From the NCBI GenBank assembly GCA_963693095.2, contig OY843768.1, positions 256,001 through 320,000 of the forward strand: DNA of 64,000 nucleotides. Direction: 5' to 3'. Position 1 is the stretch's first letter; the number at the start of each line of letters is the position of its first letter. A program made the position numbers and the translations under genes. Positions 18,819 to 29,464 of the stretch are shown here, in pieces. This DNA comes from Cenarchaeum sp. (GTDB lineage: Archaea > Thermoproteota > Nitrososphaeria > Nitrososphaerales > Nitrosopumilaceae). The notes beneath the pieces are model-generated. The model saw only the letters and a program-made list of their open reading frames with translations. It was not told the origin of the DNA and did no database searches.

Positions 18819-20108
18819 ATGAACGCGACGGAGAGAATACTTGCGCGCGCCTCGGGGAGGGACTCGGTCTCGCCCGGCGATGTCGTGTTTGCCAACGTTG
18901 ATAGCGCAATGCTCCATGATGTGTCTGGCCCCGGCGTCATCAAGGTCCTCGAGCGCCTCAAAGGCGAGGGAATAGAGACGGGCAAGGTGTGGGATGCCGA
19001 GCGCATATGGGTCGCCGAGGACCACTTTGTGCCGTCAGCCGAAAAGGCGTCCGCCGAGAACACCGCAAAGCTCTCGGCGTTCACCAAAAAGCACGGCATA
19101 CGGCGCCACTTCAAGTATGGCCTCGGCCAGCACGGCATCTGCCACACAATATCGCACGAGGAGGCCATGGTGATGCCAGGTGACGTCTATGTCGGCGGTG
19201 ACTCGCACACAAACACGACAGGCGCACTCGGCGCGTTTGCGTGCGGCCTGGGACACACGGACATGGCATATGTAATACTCAACGGCCGGATATGGTTTCG
19301 CGTTCCCGAGACGATATACCTAAAGATCAACGGGACACTGCCTGCCCACACCATGGCAAAGGACGTCATACTGCGAATAATCGGCGACATTGGGACAGAC
19401 GGGGCGACATACCGCACGATGCAGTTTGGCGGCACGGCAGTCGCCGCAATGTCCGTCGAGGACCGCCTCACGCTCACAAACATGACGACAGAGGCCGGCG
19501 CCAAGAACGGCATAGTCGAGGCAGACTCCAAGGTCGGCGAGTACCTCACGGCCCACGGCGCGCCGCAGGCGGCTGCTCGCTGCGGCGGCGCGGAGGCGAT
19601 CGAGAGGGCTGATGAGTCATCATTTGCCGAGGTTCGCGAGTATGACGCCTCAGAGATCGAGCCGCTAGTGGCAAGGCCGTTCTCGCCGCAGAACGTCTCG
19701 ACTGTGCGCGAGGCGCCCTCTGTCGAGCTTGACAAGGCGTATCTCGGGTCATGCACGGGCGCAAAGATGGAGGATCTAGAGTCAGCAGCCCGCGTGATCA
19801 AGGGCCACACCGTGCGCATACGAACCGAGGTCGTTCCTGCTGCGATCTCGATATACAAGAGGGCACTCGAGCGCGGGCTCATAAAGATATTCCTTGACGC
19901 CGGTGCTGTCATCGGCCCGCCGACGTGCGGCGCGTGCTGCGGCGCGCACATGGGCGTCCTGGGCAAGGGCGAGGTCTGCGTTAGCGCGACTAACAGGAAC
20001 TTTCCCGGCCGCATGGGCCACGTAGAGTCGCAGACGTACCTGGCCTCCCCGATGGTAGTCGCCGCGTCTGCCGTCACGGGCCGCCTGACTGACCCGAGGG
20101 ACCTATGA
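18819..20108 (+). CDS. Aconitase-family dehydratase large subunit (archaeal LeuC/homoaconitase type)
   Basis: 'DH.VP', 'GICH', 'GGDSHT', 'GSCT', 'CGACCG', 'TNRNFPGRMG'. Confidence 0.88.
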   Translation: MNATERILARASGRDSVSPGDVVFANVDSAMLHDVSGPGVIKVLERLKGEGIETGKVWDAERIWVAEDHFVPSAEKASAENTAKLSAFTKKHGIRRHFKYGLGQHGICHTISHEEAMVMPGDVYVGGDSHTNTTGALGAFACGLGHTDMAYVILNGRIWFRVPETIYLKINGTLPAHTMAKDVILRIIGDIGTDGATYRTMQFGGTAVAAMSVEDRLTLTNMTTEAGAKNGIVEADSKVGEYLTAHGAPQAAARCGGAEAIERADESSFAEVREYDASEIEPLVARPFSPQNVSTVREAPSVELDKAYLGSCTGAKMEDLESAARVIKGHTVRIRTEVVPAAISIYKRALERGLIKIFLDAGAVIGPPTCGACCGAHMGVLGKGEVCVSATNRNFPGRMGHVESQTYLASPMVVAASAVTGRLTDPRDL

Positions 20109-20590
20109 TGCGGGGAATCACGACAAAGTACGAGCGCGACAATATCGACACTGATGTCATAATACCGGGAACGTACCTAAAGGTCCACGACCACGCCGAG
20201 CTTGCCAAGCATGCCATGGAGGGGCTCGATCCCGGCTTTCATGCGCGCATGGAGGGCCGCAGCCTCCTAGTTGCGGGACGCAACTTTGGGTGCGGCTCGA
20301 GCCGTGAGCACGCGCCCATTGCGCTTGCCGGATGCGGGGTAAAGGCGATCCTCGCGCCGTCGTTTGCGAGGATATTCTACCGCAACTGCGTTGACGGCGC
20401 GTACCTCCTGCCCGTCGAGATCGGCCAGGACGCATACGAGTCGATCCTTGATGGCGACGAGCTTGACATTGACATGAAGGCGCGCCGCGTGACCAACGTG
20501 ACGCGCAAGGCAGACTATGAGATGGCGCCAATCCCCGAGATCATATCCGGAATAATCGAGGCCGGTGGCCTCTTTAGGTACAGGGTGTAG
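20105..20590 (+). CDS. Aconitase-family dehydratase small subunit (LeuD/HacB type)
   Basis: 'NIDTDVIIPG.YL', '[11 protein letters not shown]', 'SFARIFYRN'. Confidence 0.88.
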   Translation: MMRGITTKYERDNIDTDVIIPGTYLKVHDHAELAKHAMEGLDPGFHARMEGRSLLVAGRNFGCGSSREHAPIALAGCGVKAILAPSFARIFYRNCVDGAYLLPVEIGQDAYESILDGDELDIDMKARRVTNVTRKADYEMAPIPEIISGIIEAGGLFRYRV

Positions 20591-20596
20591 CGGCGC

Positions 20597-22036
20597 ATGG
20601 CAGGCACCGGCGCGCCGAGGACGCTCTTTGGCAAGATATGGGACGCGCACACCGTGGCGCGCCGCGATGATGGGGCAGCACTCATCTACATTGACCGGCA
20701 CCTGGTCCACGAGGTGACCTCGCCGCAGGCCTTTGAGGGACTTCGCGAGTCCTCAAGGCGCGTGCGCCGGCCAGACCTGACGACTGCGACGATGGACCAT
20801 ATAGTCCCCACCGGCGACAGGTCGCTCCCGATGGTAGATGACACGGCAGTCGTGCAGATGCGCGCACTAGAGCGCAACTGCTCCGAGTTTGGCATCGAGC
20901 TCCATGGCATGGGCAGCGCAAGCCAGGGCATCGTCCATGTTATCGGTCCGGAGCTTGGCCTCACGCTGCCCGGCTCTACCATTGTGTGCGGCGACAGCCA
21001 CACTGCCACGCACGGCGCATTTGGCGCACTCGCCATGGGAATCGGAACCAGCGAGGTCGAGCACGTCCTGGCCACGCAGACGCTCTGGCTTGAGCGCCCG
21101 CGCGAGATGCTCATCGGCATGGACGGCTCGTTTGGAGACTCGCGCGCGATCACGCCAAAGGACGCTATACTCTCGGTCATACGCGAGATAGGGCCGGCCG
21201 GCGCGCGCCAGACTGCCATCGAGTACGCCGGCGCCGCGATATCCGAGATGTCAATGGAGGGACGCATGACTGTCTGCAACATGTCAATAGAGGCCGGCGC
21301 GCGGGCCGGCATGATAGCTCCGGACGAAAAGACATTTGAGCACGTGCGCGGCAGGCCGCACACTCCGGCGGCGATCGAGTCGCTCATAGAATCATGGCGC
21401 GCAGAGCTGCACACGGACACCGGCGCCGAGTACGCCAGGACCCACTCGATCGACGTGTCGCGAATCGCCCCGCAGGTCAGCTGGGGGACAGACCCCGGCA
21501 TGACGTGCGACATCACCGAGCCGATCCCGACTCCTGCAGAGTTTTCGCGCGGGGATGACTCGCGTCGCGCTGCCGCCGAGCGCGCACTGGAGTATATCGG
21601 CCTGGACGCCGGCACGCCGCTTGAGGACGTGAAACCTGACAGGGTCTTTGTCGGTTCTTGCACCAATGCGCGACTCGGCGACCTGCGAGAGGCTGCTGCC
21701 GCCGTGCGCGGCCGGCGAGTTGCTGACGGCGTTCGCGCCATGGTCGTGCCCGGCTCCCAGGAGGTAAAGAGGCGTGCGGAGGCAGAGGGCCTTGATGCGG
21801 ACTTTGTGCGGGCCGGCTTTGAGTGGCGCGAGTCCGGATGCAGCATGTGCCTTGGCATGAACGATGACATACTCGGGCCCGGCGAGCGCTGCGCGAGCAC
21901 GTCAAACCGCAACTTTGAGGGCCGGCAGGGCGCGCGCGGGCGCACGCACCTGATGAGCCCCGTAATGGCCGCCGCATCGGCAATCGCGGGGCACTTTGTC
22001 GACGTGAGGAAGTGGGAGCTCGTTGAGGCCGTTTGA
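20597..22036 (+). CDS. leuC: 3-isopropylmalate dehydratase large subunit (bacterial-type)
   Basis: '[16 protein letters not shown]', '[13 protein letters not shown]', 'GSCTNAR', 'GCSMCLGMN', '[12 protein letters not shown]'. Confidence 0.93.
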   Translation: MAGTGAPRTLFGKIWDAHTVARRDDGAALIYIDRHLVHEVTSPQAFEGLRESSRRVRRPDLTTATMDHIVPTGDRSLPMVDDTAVVQMRALERNCSEFGIELHGMGSASQGIVHVIGPELGLTLPGSTIVCGDSHTATHGAFGALAMGIGTSEVEHVLATQTLWLERPREMLIGMDGSFGDSRAITPKDAILSVIREIGPAGARQTAIEYAGAAISEMSMEGRMTVCNMSIEAGARAGMIAPDEKTFEHVRGRPHTPAAIESLIESWRAELHTDTGAEYARTHSIDVSRIAPQVSWGTDPGMTCDITEPIPTPAEFSRGDDSRRAAAERALEYIGLDAGTPLEDVKPDRVFVGSCTNARLGDLREAAAAVRGRRVADGVRAMVVPGSQEVKRRAEAEGLDADFVRAGFEWRESGCSMCLGMNDDILGPGERCASTSNRNFEGRQGARGRTHLMSPVMAAASAIAGHFVDVRKWELVEAV

Positions 22037-22613
22037 GCGCCTAGAGAGCGTCATCACGCCGCTCCCGAGAATCAACGTCGACACCGACCAGATAGTCCCA
22101 AAGCAGTTCCTGCGCCTCGTGCAGCGCTCGGGCTTTGGGCAGTACCTGTTTCACGGGTGGCGCCACGAGGGTGACGGCACGACGCCAGACGCGTCGTTTC
22201 CGCTCAACGACCCGCGCTATGCGGGCTCGCGCATACTCGTGACGGGGGAGAACTTTGGGTGTGGCTCTAGCCGCGAGCATGCCGTCTGGGCGCTCCTGGA
22301 CCACGGGTTTGGCGCAGTTATAGCGCCGTCGTTTGCGGACATTTTTGCGAGCAACTGCATAAAGAGCGGCCTTCTGCCCGTCACGCTTGCGCGCGACGCA
22401 GTCGATTCGCTAATGTCAACGACGGGCAAGGTTGCAGTGGATCTCGAGTCGCGCCTCGTTTCGGTTCGCGAAACGGGCGAGTCGTGGACATTTGAGATCG
22501 GCGAGCACGCAAGGAGGATGCTCCTCGAGGGCCTCGACGAGATTGCAATGACGCTCATGCGCGGGGATGACATCACCGCCTATGAGCGCACACACGCCGT
22601 GCCGCCGACCTAG
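22023..22613 (+). CDS. leuD: 3-isopropylmalate dehydratase small subunit
   Basis: '[13 protein letters not shown]', '[15 protein letters not shown]', 'LLEGLDEI'. Confidence 0.93.
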   Translation: MRPFERLESVITPLPRINVDTDQIVPKQFLRLVQRSGFGQYLFHGWRHEGDGTTPDASFPLNDPRYAGSRILVTGENFGCGSSREHAVWALLDHGFGAVIAPSFADIFASNCIKSGLLPVTLARDAVDSLMSTTGKVAVDLESRLVSVRETGESWTFEIGEHARRMLLEGLDEIAMTLMRGDDITAYERTHAVPPT

Positions 22614-23362
22614 CCGGCAGCGCGCCGTGCGGTGCGCCGGGACATTCGCGCCGCTATGCGTTTTGCTGCTGCGGCGTTGCGCTCTAGAATTACGGGTGAC
22701 TCTACGTCAAGCCACTCGGCCTTGCCAATGTCATATGCGCTAACGCCGCCAGAGGCGGCCATCGGCTGGAGTATGTCATACGAGAGATCAACGCGGGCCG
22801 CATCGCGCGACTTGCGGCGAACATTGCGCAGGACTGTGGCATCAAGGATGTACATGCCGAGGCACTCGGACATTGGCAGGCTGACAGTTGGCTTTTCCCT
22901 AAACTCCTCGACTAGGCCGTCACGAACGACGGCAAAGCCCGTCTCCTCCTTGCGCGTCGAGCGCACGGCAACACACGCGTCGCGTGCGCTGGACTCGTGG
23001 TGGCGAACCATTGCCCGTATGTCAAGGGCGCACAGGTTATCCGAGAACCACAGCAGAAACGCCCCGTCGCCAAGCTCAGGGGCCGCGTGGAGGAGGTCAC
23101 CGGCAGTGCCGGCTGACGTTCCCTGCACGAACGAGACGGGGCATCCGAGCCTGGCGCGCTCTAGGTGGTTTCTGACCTGCGAGCCCTGCGCCTGCAGGTC
23201 GGCAATGACTACGATGCCGTCGACTGCGCGCGAGGAGCCTATATGGCGCGCGATGAGCTCGACTATGGGCCGCCCGCCAAGCGGCGTCATCGCCTTTGGA
23301 AAATAGTCAGTGTATGGCCTCCCGCGCGTCCCTGACCCACCGGCCATTATGACGGCCTTCAT
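22610..23362 (-). CDS. Sugar-phosphate nucleotidyltransferase family protein
   Basis: 'MKAVIMAGGSGTRGRPYT...PKAM', 'GTAG', 'FREKP'. Confidence 0.85.
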   Translation of the reverse strand: MKAVIMAGGSGTRGRPYTDYFPKAMTPLGGRPIVELIARHIGSSRAVDGIVVIADLQAQGSQVRNHLERARLGCPVSFVQGTSAGTAGDLLHAAPELGDGAFLLWFSDNLCALDIRAMVRHHESSARDACVAVRSTRKEETGFAVVRDGLVEEFREKPTVSLPMSECLGMYILDATVLRNVRRKSRDAARVDLSYDILQPMAASGGVSAYDIGKAEWLDVESPVILERNAAAAKRIAARMSRRTARRAAG

Positions 23363-23367
23363 GGCGG

Positions 23368-23817
23368 CTATCGGTAGGACTTTTGCTTGCGGCGCCTGGC
23401 GCCCTTGCCGCCGAACTTTTTGGGCTCCTTGCGCCTGGCGTCGCCGCTTATGAGGTACTTGTCGTGCTCGAGGATGCTCTTGCGCAGCTCTGCCCTCTCG
23501 GTCTTTGTGAGCGGGTGGTCCTTTGGCTCGTTCTTTGACTTTGTCCAGCCAACTAGCGCGCGCGATATCGCCGTCGCCGCAGCGCCGGCCTGGCCCATAA
23601 ACCCGCCGCCGTTGACGCGCACCGAGACGTCGATCTTGTCGCGCTTTTTTCCCGCTAGCCTGAGTGGCAGGAGGATCGTCTCGCGGGCCATCTCGTGTCC
23701 CATGAGCTCCACTGGAACGTTGTTGATTCGCACGCGCCCCTTGCCGCCTATGATGTGGACGTGTGCGCTAGCGGCCTTGCGCGTCGCAAAGTAAATCTCG
23801 GCCTTTGGCGTCGTCAT
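23368..23817 (-). CDS. rps9: 30S ribosomal protein S9
   Basis: 'GGGFMGQA.A...D.RRKEPKKFGG.GARRRKQKSYR'. Confidence 0.97.
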   Translation of the reverse strand: MTTPKAEIYFATRKAASAHVHIIGGKGRVRINNVPVELMGHEMARETILLPLRLAGKKRDKIDVSVRVNGGGFMGQAGAAATAISRALVGWTKSKNEPKDHPLTKTERAELRKSILEHDKYLISGDARRKEPKKFGGKGARRRKQKSYR

Positions 23818-24314
23818 TTCGTCCAGCCCACCGTAGTGCCGAGGTCTGCCATGCTCGTGTACCTCGAGTGCGCGCCGCGCACCTTTGCCTTTTCAAACTG
23901 TATCTTTTTGTGCGACTTTAGGGGACTCGGAGTCCCAATGTATGCGCGAAGCCTCTTGTGTGCCGTTATTCCCGAGGGCTTTTTCCTCGGGAGCATGCCG
24001 CGAACCATGCGCGTCATTATCGTGTCGGGCCGGCGCGGGTGGAACGGGCCGTGCTTTGGGTGGAGTATGCTGGCAATCTCGAGGAACTTGCGATACTCGC
24101 CGACAATGCTGGCCCTGCTGCCGCTTATCATTATGCGCTCACAGTTTACCATCGAGACCCTGTTGCCCTGGAGGAGGAGCTTTGCGACGTTTGATGCGAG
24201 GCGGCCGGCAATGTGGTCAGTCGCGTCAACGACTATCATGCTGCCGGGATTTGGTGCGCTCACAGTCTCCTGCTTTGCTGCAGCGCCGTCTGCTGCGCCT
24301 GCGGGACTATCCAA
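23814..24314 (-). CDS. rpl13: 50S ribosomal protein L13
   Basis: 'VDAT.HIAGRLAS.VAK.LL.G...GPFHPRRPD...VRGMLP'. Confidence 0.96.
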   Translation of the reverse strand: MDSPAGAADGAAAKQETVSAPNPGSMIVVDATDHIAGRLASNVAKLLLQGNRVSMVNCERIMISGSRASIVGEYRKFLEIASILHPKHGPFHPRRPDTIMTRMVRGMLPRKKPSGITAHKRLRAYIGTPSPLKSHKKIQFEKAKVRGAHSRYTSMADLGTTVGWTK

Positions 24315-24654
24315 GGAGCTTCACCCCAGTGCCTGCCGGATGCATCTCGGCGAGGCGCTCGATCGTGACGACGTCCCCGCCGGCTTCTCTGACCTTTGCG
24401 GCCGCCGCGCGCGAGACTGCAAATGCGCCAAGCGTCACGGCATGATCAATCCCGCCGGTCCCGAGAACCTTTCCGGGAACTGCGACGACATCGCTGGCCT
24501 TTGTGAGGCTTGCGATCTTGTTGACGTTCACGGTTCGGCGCGCGACTGTCGGCTTTAGGGCCTGCTCGGCCATGCGGGCCCATATGGGCGCGTCATTGCC
24601 GGCTGCTGCCTTTTTGAGGCGGCGGGCCATGTCGACGGTGTGCTGTGCTGCCAT
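24307..24654 (-). CDS. rpl18e: 50S ribosomal protein L18e
   Basis: 'APIW...RRTVNVNKI...VPGKVLGTG'; start at the ATG at 24654. Confidence 0.95.
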   Translation of the reverse strand: MAAQHTVDMARRLKKAAAGNDAPIWARMAEQALKPTVARRTVNVNKIASLTKASDVVAVPGKVLGTGGIDHAVTLGAFAVSRAAAAKVREAGGDVVTIERLAEMHPAGTGVKLLG

Positions 24655-25037
24655 CTGCGAGACCCCTCTCTGGCCCAAATGTAATATACCTTGCTAGGCG
24701 TTGGGCATATGCGGTCCACGCCTATCTGCCCATTTGGTCATATGGGAGCGATCCTGTCGATCTACTTGGCCACTGCGGCGCCTGCCTGGGCATGAACTGG
24801 CATGGGGTGCTGACTCCACACCGTTGGTCTTACGCGTGCTCTGGGTGGGGGCCCAGGATGGTCTTTTGCGGCATAATTGCCCAAAACGCTCTTTTTCAGT
24901 TTTTGAAAGGGGTCGTCTGGACGTGTGTGGGGCCGTTTGCCGTCAGTCATCCGTGTCAAGCCTGTGGGGGACTAGTCTCTGCCCATGTGTCATCGTGAGT
25001 CTTGATGGTAACTTCACCAATGTTAGCGTGTGGCACG

Positions 25038-27560
25038 TCATGATTTCCTGACTTGGTCGGTTATTGAAGATTTTGTTCGTAATCTATCGCGTTCTTCCTC
25101 TATCTGATTATCAAACAACATCTTAAATGTGCCTTTTATTAGGCCATCTCTGATTGTTACGTGACCCCAATGATTGAATGCCCCTTCTAAAGCTTCTAGA
25201 ACATTCTTCTTGTATTCTGTATCGGGATTGTCTAAATGCTTGCCTTTGATCTCATATATGTGCAATTCTCTCTTTTTCATGTTTTTTCCAAATACTGCTA
25301 CGAAGTCGGGCCATATACGATCTTTTTTCCATCCGCGCAAATAATACTCTCCTTGCTCTTTGGCGGCGATCCTGTGCCACCATTCTATTGCGTCAGCTTC
25401 TTCTAAATATATCGCAAAGCTTTTTTCAGGTTCGGTATCAAAATGTTCTTTGTATACGGGATCAAACAAACTACGTTGAACCGATTGTGTGTTTACCGCC
25501 AATAGATTGTCTCCGCTACTAGAAACTGAATATTTTTTTTTCATTGTAAAATTATCACTTTCAATTTCTAAGTCAAATCTAATTTCTTTGTTTTTGATTT
25601 TATTTTTAAATATAGATTCAGCTTGCTTGATCACTTCATTAGATACATGTTCGTTGATTCTATTTGTAAATGTGTGGCGCATATTATATATGTCGTCATC
25701 ACTTTTTTTCGATTCACGAGCTTGGCGGATTGCATCTTGCACTATTCTAGAACCATGCCATTTGTTGGGAACAGTTTCTGAGATTATATTTACAATATCG
25801 TACATTCTAAGTGTTTTATCAACATGCACATCTTCTTTAATTCGCTTTTTGCTTAATTCATCATCGTTAATTTTTCCTTTTGTGGTCAAATTTGTAACAT
25901 CTATCCTGTGAGTCCATATAAAATCATCATAGGCTTCGATATCTGAGATATCGGGAGCTTTTATGGCATCCCATTTTATCTCGGATAGTATGTGCCTTTC
26001 ATAGTCAAGCTCGATCCACTGTTTTCCATATTTGTGCAATACTTTTGGCAAATATATTTTTGCTCGTGTGTGATTAGAACGCATATGTAATTCTTCTCGA
26101 CTGTGCCGTACATCATCTTCCAATGTTAGGCTGTTTGTGAGATCCCCTAGCCCTTCATTTTCGAGACCTTCCTTTATGTATTGGACGGATCTTTGCGTGG
26201 TGTCTGTTCTACAATACACATAGCATTGATTAAGATGTTTGTTATTTCGATATTTTTGATAAGGCTGTCGTAAAATTCTGCCTAGCATTTGAGTTATTGC
26301 AGTTTTGCTTTTTAGCTTATCGAGTATCACCAGTATGTACGCAAATGGGCAATCCCATCCTTCTTGTAATGCATTCTTTGTGATTACATATCTTATTGAT
26401 GATGTTTTTTCCATGAGTTCTATATCGCCTATTTCGTCCACTTCACTAGTTTTGACTGCGATGGAAGAGCTAGTTATGCTCATATTTTGTAAAAATTCTC
26501 GAACGTCTTCTGCATGTATGTGCTTTCCATCACGGTGCTCTGATCCTGTCCGTTCTACACGTATGAGCATTATGGGCCGTATGTATTCATCTTGCTCTTC
26601 TGCATTTTTGTCTAACCTGACCAGCTTATCATGCGCCATGACTAACACTTCTTCCCAACTTACACTTTCATCCACTGGCTTTACATTAATGGGCATCTTG
26701 ATCATCTCTTCTTTTTTTAATGCAACTCCACTTATATTTACAAGTATATTGCTTAATTTTGGGAACGGTGTTGCTGTGAGTTCAATAATCAAACTCGGTG
26801 ACATGTTATTGACATATGATATTATGTCATCTAATCTTCTACCATGTGTCTTGTGAGCTTCATCAAGTATTATCGTTGGATGTTGCATTTTAAATATGTT
26901 CATGAGGCTGTGTTTTATGTGCTGCCCATTGTTTTTATCAAGGTGTGGGGAGTGTTCTAAAATTTTGTTATTGGAGGCATCATCATCAATATCTGGGAAA
27001 AAACTTTGATATTGTCCAGAATCCCTATGAATTATCAAAAAATCTTTGCTTCGATTATCTGCACTTTGTTTCATAAGTACCATTATACATAAATATTGTT
27101 TTATATCTAATGGCGTTAAGGAATCATCCTTTTTCAACACTTTTACTCGGTTACCGCTCACTCTATCGAGACATTCTCGGATCATCCCATCTTTGTCATG
27201 CAAACTTTTTAAAGTTTGATGATATATTGACTTGGTAGGAACTATCCATATTATCAAACCTGTCGATCGTCTCACTCTTTCTAACATTGCGGCAGCCATT
27301 AGAGTCTTGCCTCCTCCAGTAGGAACTTTTAAACATATATGCGGTATGTGTTCTTTATCGCTACCGATTCGATCTCTGTACTGCCCTCTACCGATTGTTT
27401 CCCACACAGCCTTGGGATAATTTACAATAAATGAACCTCCGTCTCTGCCCAACTGTATCCGATTCTTGACATATTTGGTTTTTGCTATCATCAGGACATC
27501 ATGCCATTTTTGAAATTCGTCAAGTGCCTCGCTTTGATATTCTTTTAGCGCCAATCTCAT
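25038..27560 (-). CDS. res: Type III restriction enzyme, Res subunit
   Basis: 'LKEYQ', Walker A 'VPTGGGKT', 'DEAH', 'LTATP', 'EGWDCP', 'QMLGRILR', C-terminal 'PDF...EIKG' nuclease motif. AT-rich and coupled to mod (TGATG overlap). Confidence 0.9.
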   Translation of the reverse strand: MRLALKEYQSEALDEFQKWHDVLMIAKTKYVKNRIQLGRDGGSFIVNYPKAVWETIGRGQYRDRIGSDKEHIPHICLKVPTGGGKTLMAAAMLERVRRSTGLIIWIVPTKSIYHQTLKSLHDKDGMIRECLDRVSGNRVKVLKKDDSLTPLDIKQYLCIMVLMKQSADNRSKDFLIIHRDSGQYQSFFPDIDDDASNNKILEHSPHLDKNNGQHIKHSLMNIFKMQHPTIILDEAHKTHGRRLDDIISYVNNMSPSLIIELTATPFPKLSNILVNISGVALKKEEMIKMPINVKPVDESVSWEEVLVMAHDKLVRLDKNAEEQDEYIRPIMLIRVERTGSEHRDGKHIHAEDVREFLQNMSITSSSIAVKTSEVDEIGDIELMEKTSSIRYVITKNALQEGWDCPFAYILVILDKLKSKTAITQMLGRILRQPYQKYRNNKHLNQCYVYCRTDTTQRSVQYIKEGLENEGLGDLTNSLTLEDDVRHSREELHMRSNHTRAKIYLPKVLHKYGKQWIELDYERHILSEIKWDAIKAPDISDIEAYDDFIWTHRIDVTNLTTKGKINDDELSKKRIKEDVHVDKTLRMYDIVNIISETVPNKWHGSRIVQDAIRQARESKKSDDDIYNMRHTFTNRINEHVSNEVIKQAESIFKNKIKNKEIRFDLEIESDNFTMKKKYSVSSSGDNLLAVNTQSVQRSLFDPVYKEHFDTEPEKSFAIYLEEADAIEWWHRIAAKEQGEYYLRGWKKDRIWPDFVAVFGKNMKKRELHIYEIKGKHLDNPDTEYKKNVLEALEGAFNHWGHVTIRDGLIKGTFKMLFDNQIEEERDRLRTKSSITDQVRKS

Positions 27561-29285
27561 CACATTCTCTTATTGATATAGTCAGGTATTCTACAAAATT
27601 GTATATTCATTTTTTTAAGTTCGCTTTGACTCATATTCTTCGATGCGGCGAAGATTATTGCGTCTCTTCCTTTCCTGTGTATTCTTTGACTCATACCTTC
27701 ACTCAACACTGCTGCGTTACTTTGCATATATTTCACATTTGGTTTATATAATAAATAATAATCAATATTTTCATGAGAATAAAATAATCCGTCTTTTCCG
27801 GGTCGTAATTTTGTATTCGTTATAATTACATTGGAAATATAAAGAAGATGAGATGCTAAATCAGAATAATCGGGTAATATTTCTCCAGTGAGCATCTTCT
27901 CCCTGTCTATTGGTTTTCCTAGTGTGTAATATGAAAATGACCCACCAGTACCACTTTTCAATTCTGGCTTTTTAGATTTTGGCATCCCTTTGATCACTCT
28001 GCGCATTCGTTCTGCTGTAATTTTATTGGCATATTTCTCTCGTTCAATTAATATGAATTTTCGATGCCCGTTATCTTCCTTATTTAATGACAACACTGCG
28101 TGTGCTGTTATTCCACTCCCTGCAAAAGAATCCAGTATGATATCATCTGATTCAGTGATCAATCTCAAAAGCGTTTTGATAACTGACACATCTTTTGGGT
28201 TAGGAAAATCGCTCCCTTTTAATATTTCTTGCAATTCCTTTTTTGCTGCCCTCCTATCTTTATATAACACACTTGTTAATACTTGCCCCTCTGTTTCATG
28301 TAAATATCTTTTTAGTGTTGGAACTCTTGTCTCATCATCTCCAAAATATATTTTTTGTTCTGCAATCATTTCTAACATTTTCTTCTTACTTGCAAATCTC
28401 CACCCCCTCGATGGTGTTTTTACTGGTTTTTTTGTTTTAGGGTGTAGAATTTCATAATGTGGTCCTCCTCCGGGTGATGATATGTCGCCTGAAAAAAATA
28501 CTCCTTTTTCGTCGACTTTATTGTAATGTCTGTTTGCCCATTCGGGTTCTGTCCTCTGCACATTTGAATACCATGTTTTCAACTCGGCACTTATTTTTTT
28601 GAAATCGGATTTGTGTTTTTTCTTAAGTTTTTCTACCTGTTTATATACATTATCAATACCCAATTTATTCAATCTCCATTTAGTTTTCAATTCTCTGAGA
28701 TGGTTTTTATTCTTTGCGTAACACAAAATATAATCATGAGACACTGAAAAAAATTTAGAATCGTTTTTTCCTGTTCCTTCCCAAACTAATTCAGCCATAA
28801 AATTATTTTCTCCAAAAATTTCGTCCATTATAATTTTAAGTCGTGCTTGTTCATTATCATCAATTGAAATCAAAATTATCCCAGATTCGGCAAGGAGTTC
28901 TCTGAGTAGTTGAAGTCTGGGCCACATCATACACAGCCATTTATCGTGCCTTTGTATGTCCTCCTCGCCCACAATTTTCCCTAACCAGTCTTTTAGGACT
29001 GGATGATTGACATTATCGTCGTATGACCATCCGCCCCCCCCCCCTGACAAGATCTTTATGGGTATGGCCAGTGTTGTATGGTGGATCAATATAGACACAA
29101 TTAATTTTATTACGGTACTGTGGTAATAGTGCTTTTAATGCGTCAAGATTATCACCGTGAATAATCATGTTGTCGTTGTTGGTGGGATTGCATGATTTTG
29201 CTTTGTCCATAACCAAATTTCTCGGAGGAATTGTTAGATGAAGGCTATGTATGATTTCTTTTCCATAAAACCTAAACTCAGTCAT
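27560..29285 (-). pseudogene. mod: Type III DNA methyltransferase Mod subunit, frameshifted at a G11 tract (possible phase-variable OFF state)
   Basis: The 5' ORF carries 'IIHGDNL.ALKAL...YIDPPYNTG'. The 3' ORF carries 'WSYDDN...RHDKWLCMMWPRL...ISIDDNE...FPNPK...LDSFAGSG'. The frame changes at C11 (29034-29044 on +). Confidence 0.85.
29034..29044 (-). repeat. G11 homopolymer (simple sequence repeat) inside mod
   Basis: Directly read; G10 or G13 would join the two ORFs in frame. Confidence 0.9.
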
Positions 29286-29464
29286 GGTGTGCGTCTCGTT
29301 TTAACGTGGTTGCCTGCCTTCCAGCATGGCATCTTGTATATCCTTGCTTGAACATGTCCGCGAACTGAGGTGGAATCATTTGAGATGCGCTATTTGCTGT
29401 GCTTGGTATTGCTTTTGCTCTAAACACAGGTATGGTGTTGTCTGAGCACATGCCGCCCACGCAA

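Noticed and set aside
29286-29464. Short ORF upstream of mod as a controller protein or methylase remnant
   Set aside because: No HTH or methylase motif can be supported.
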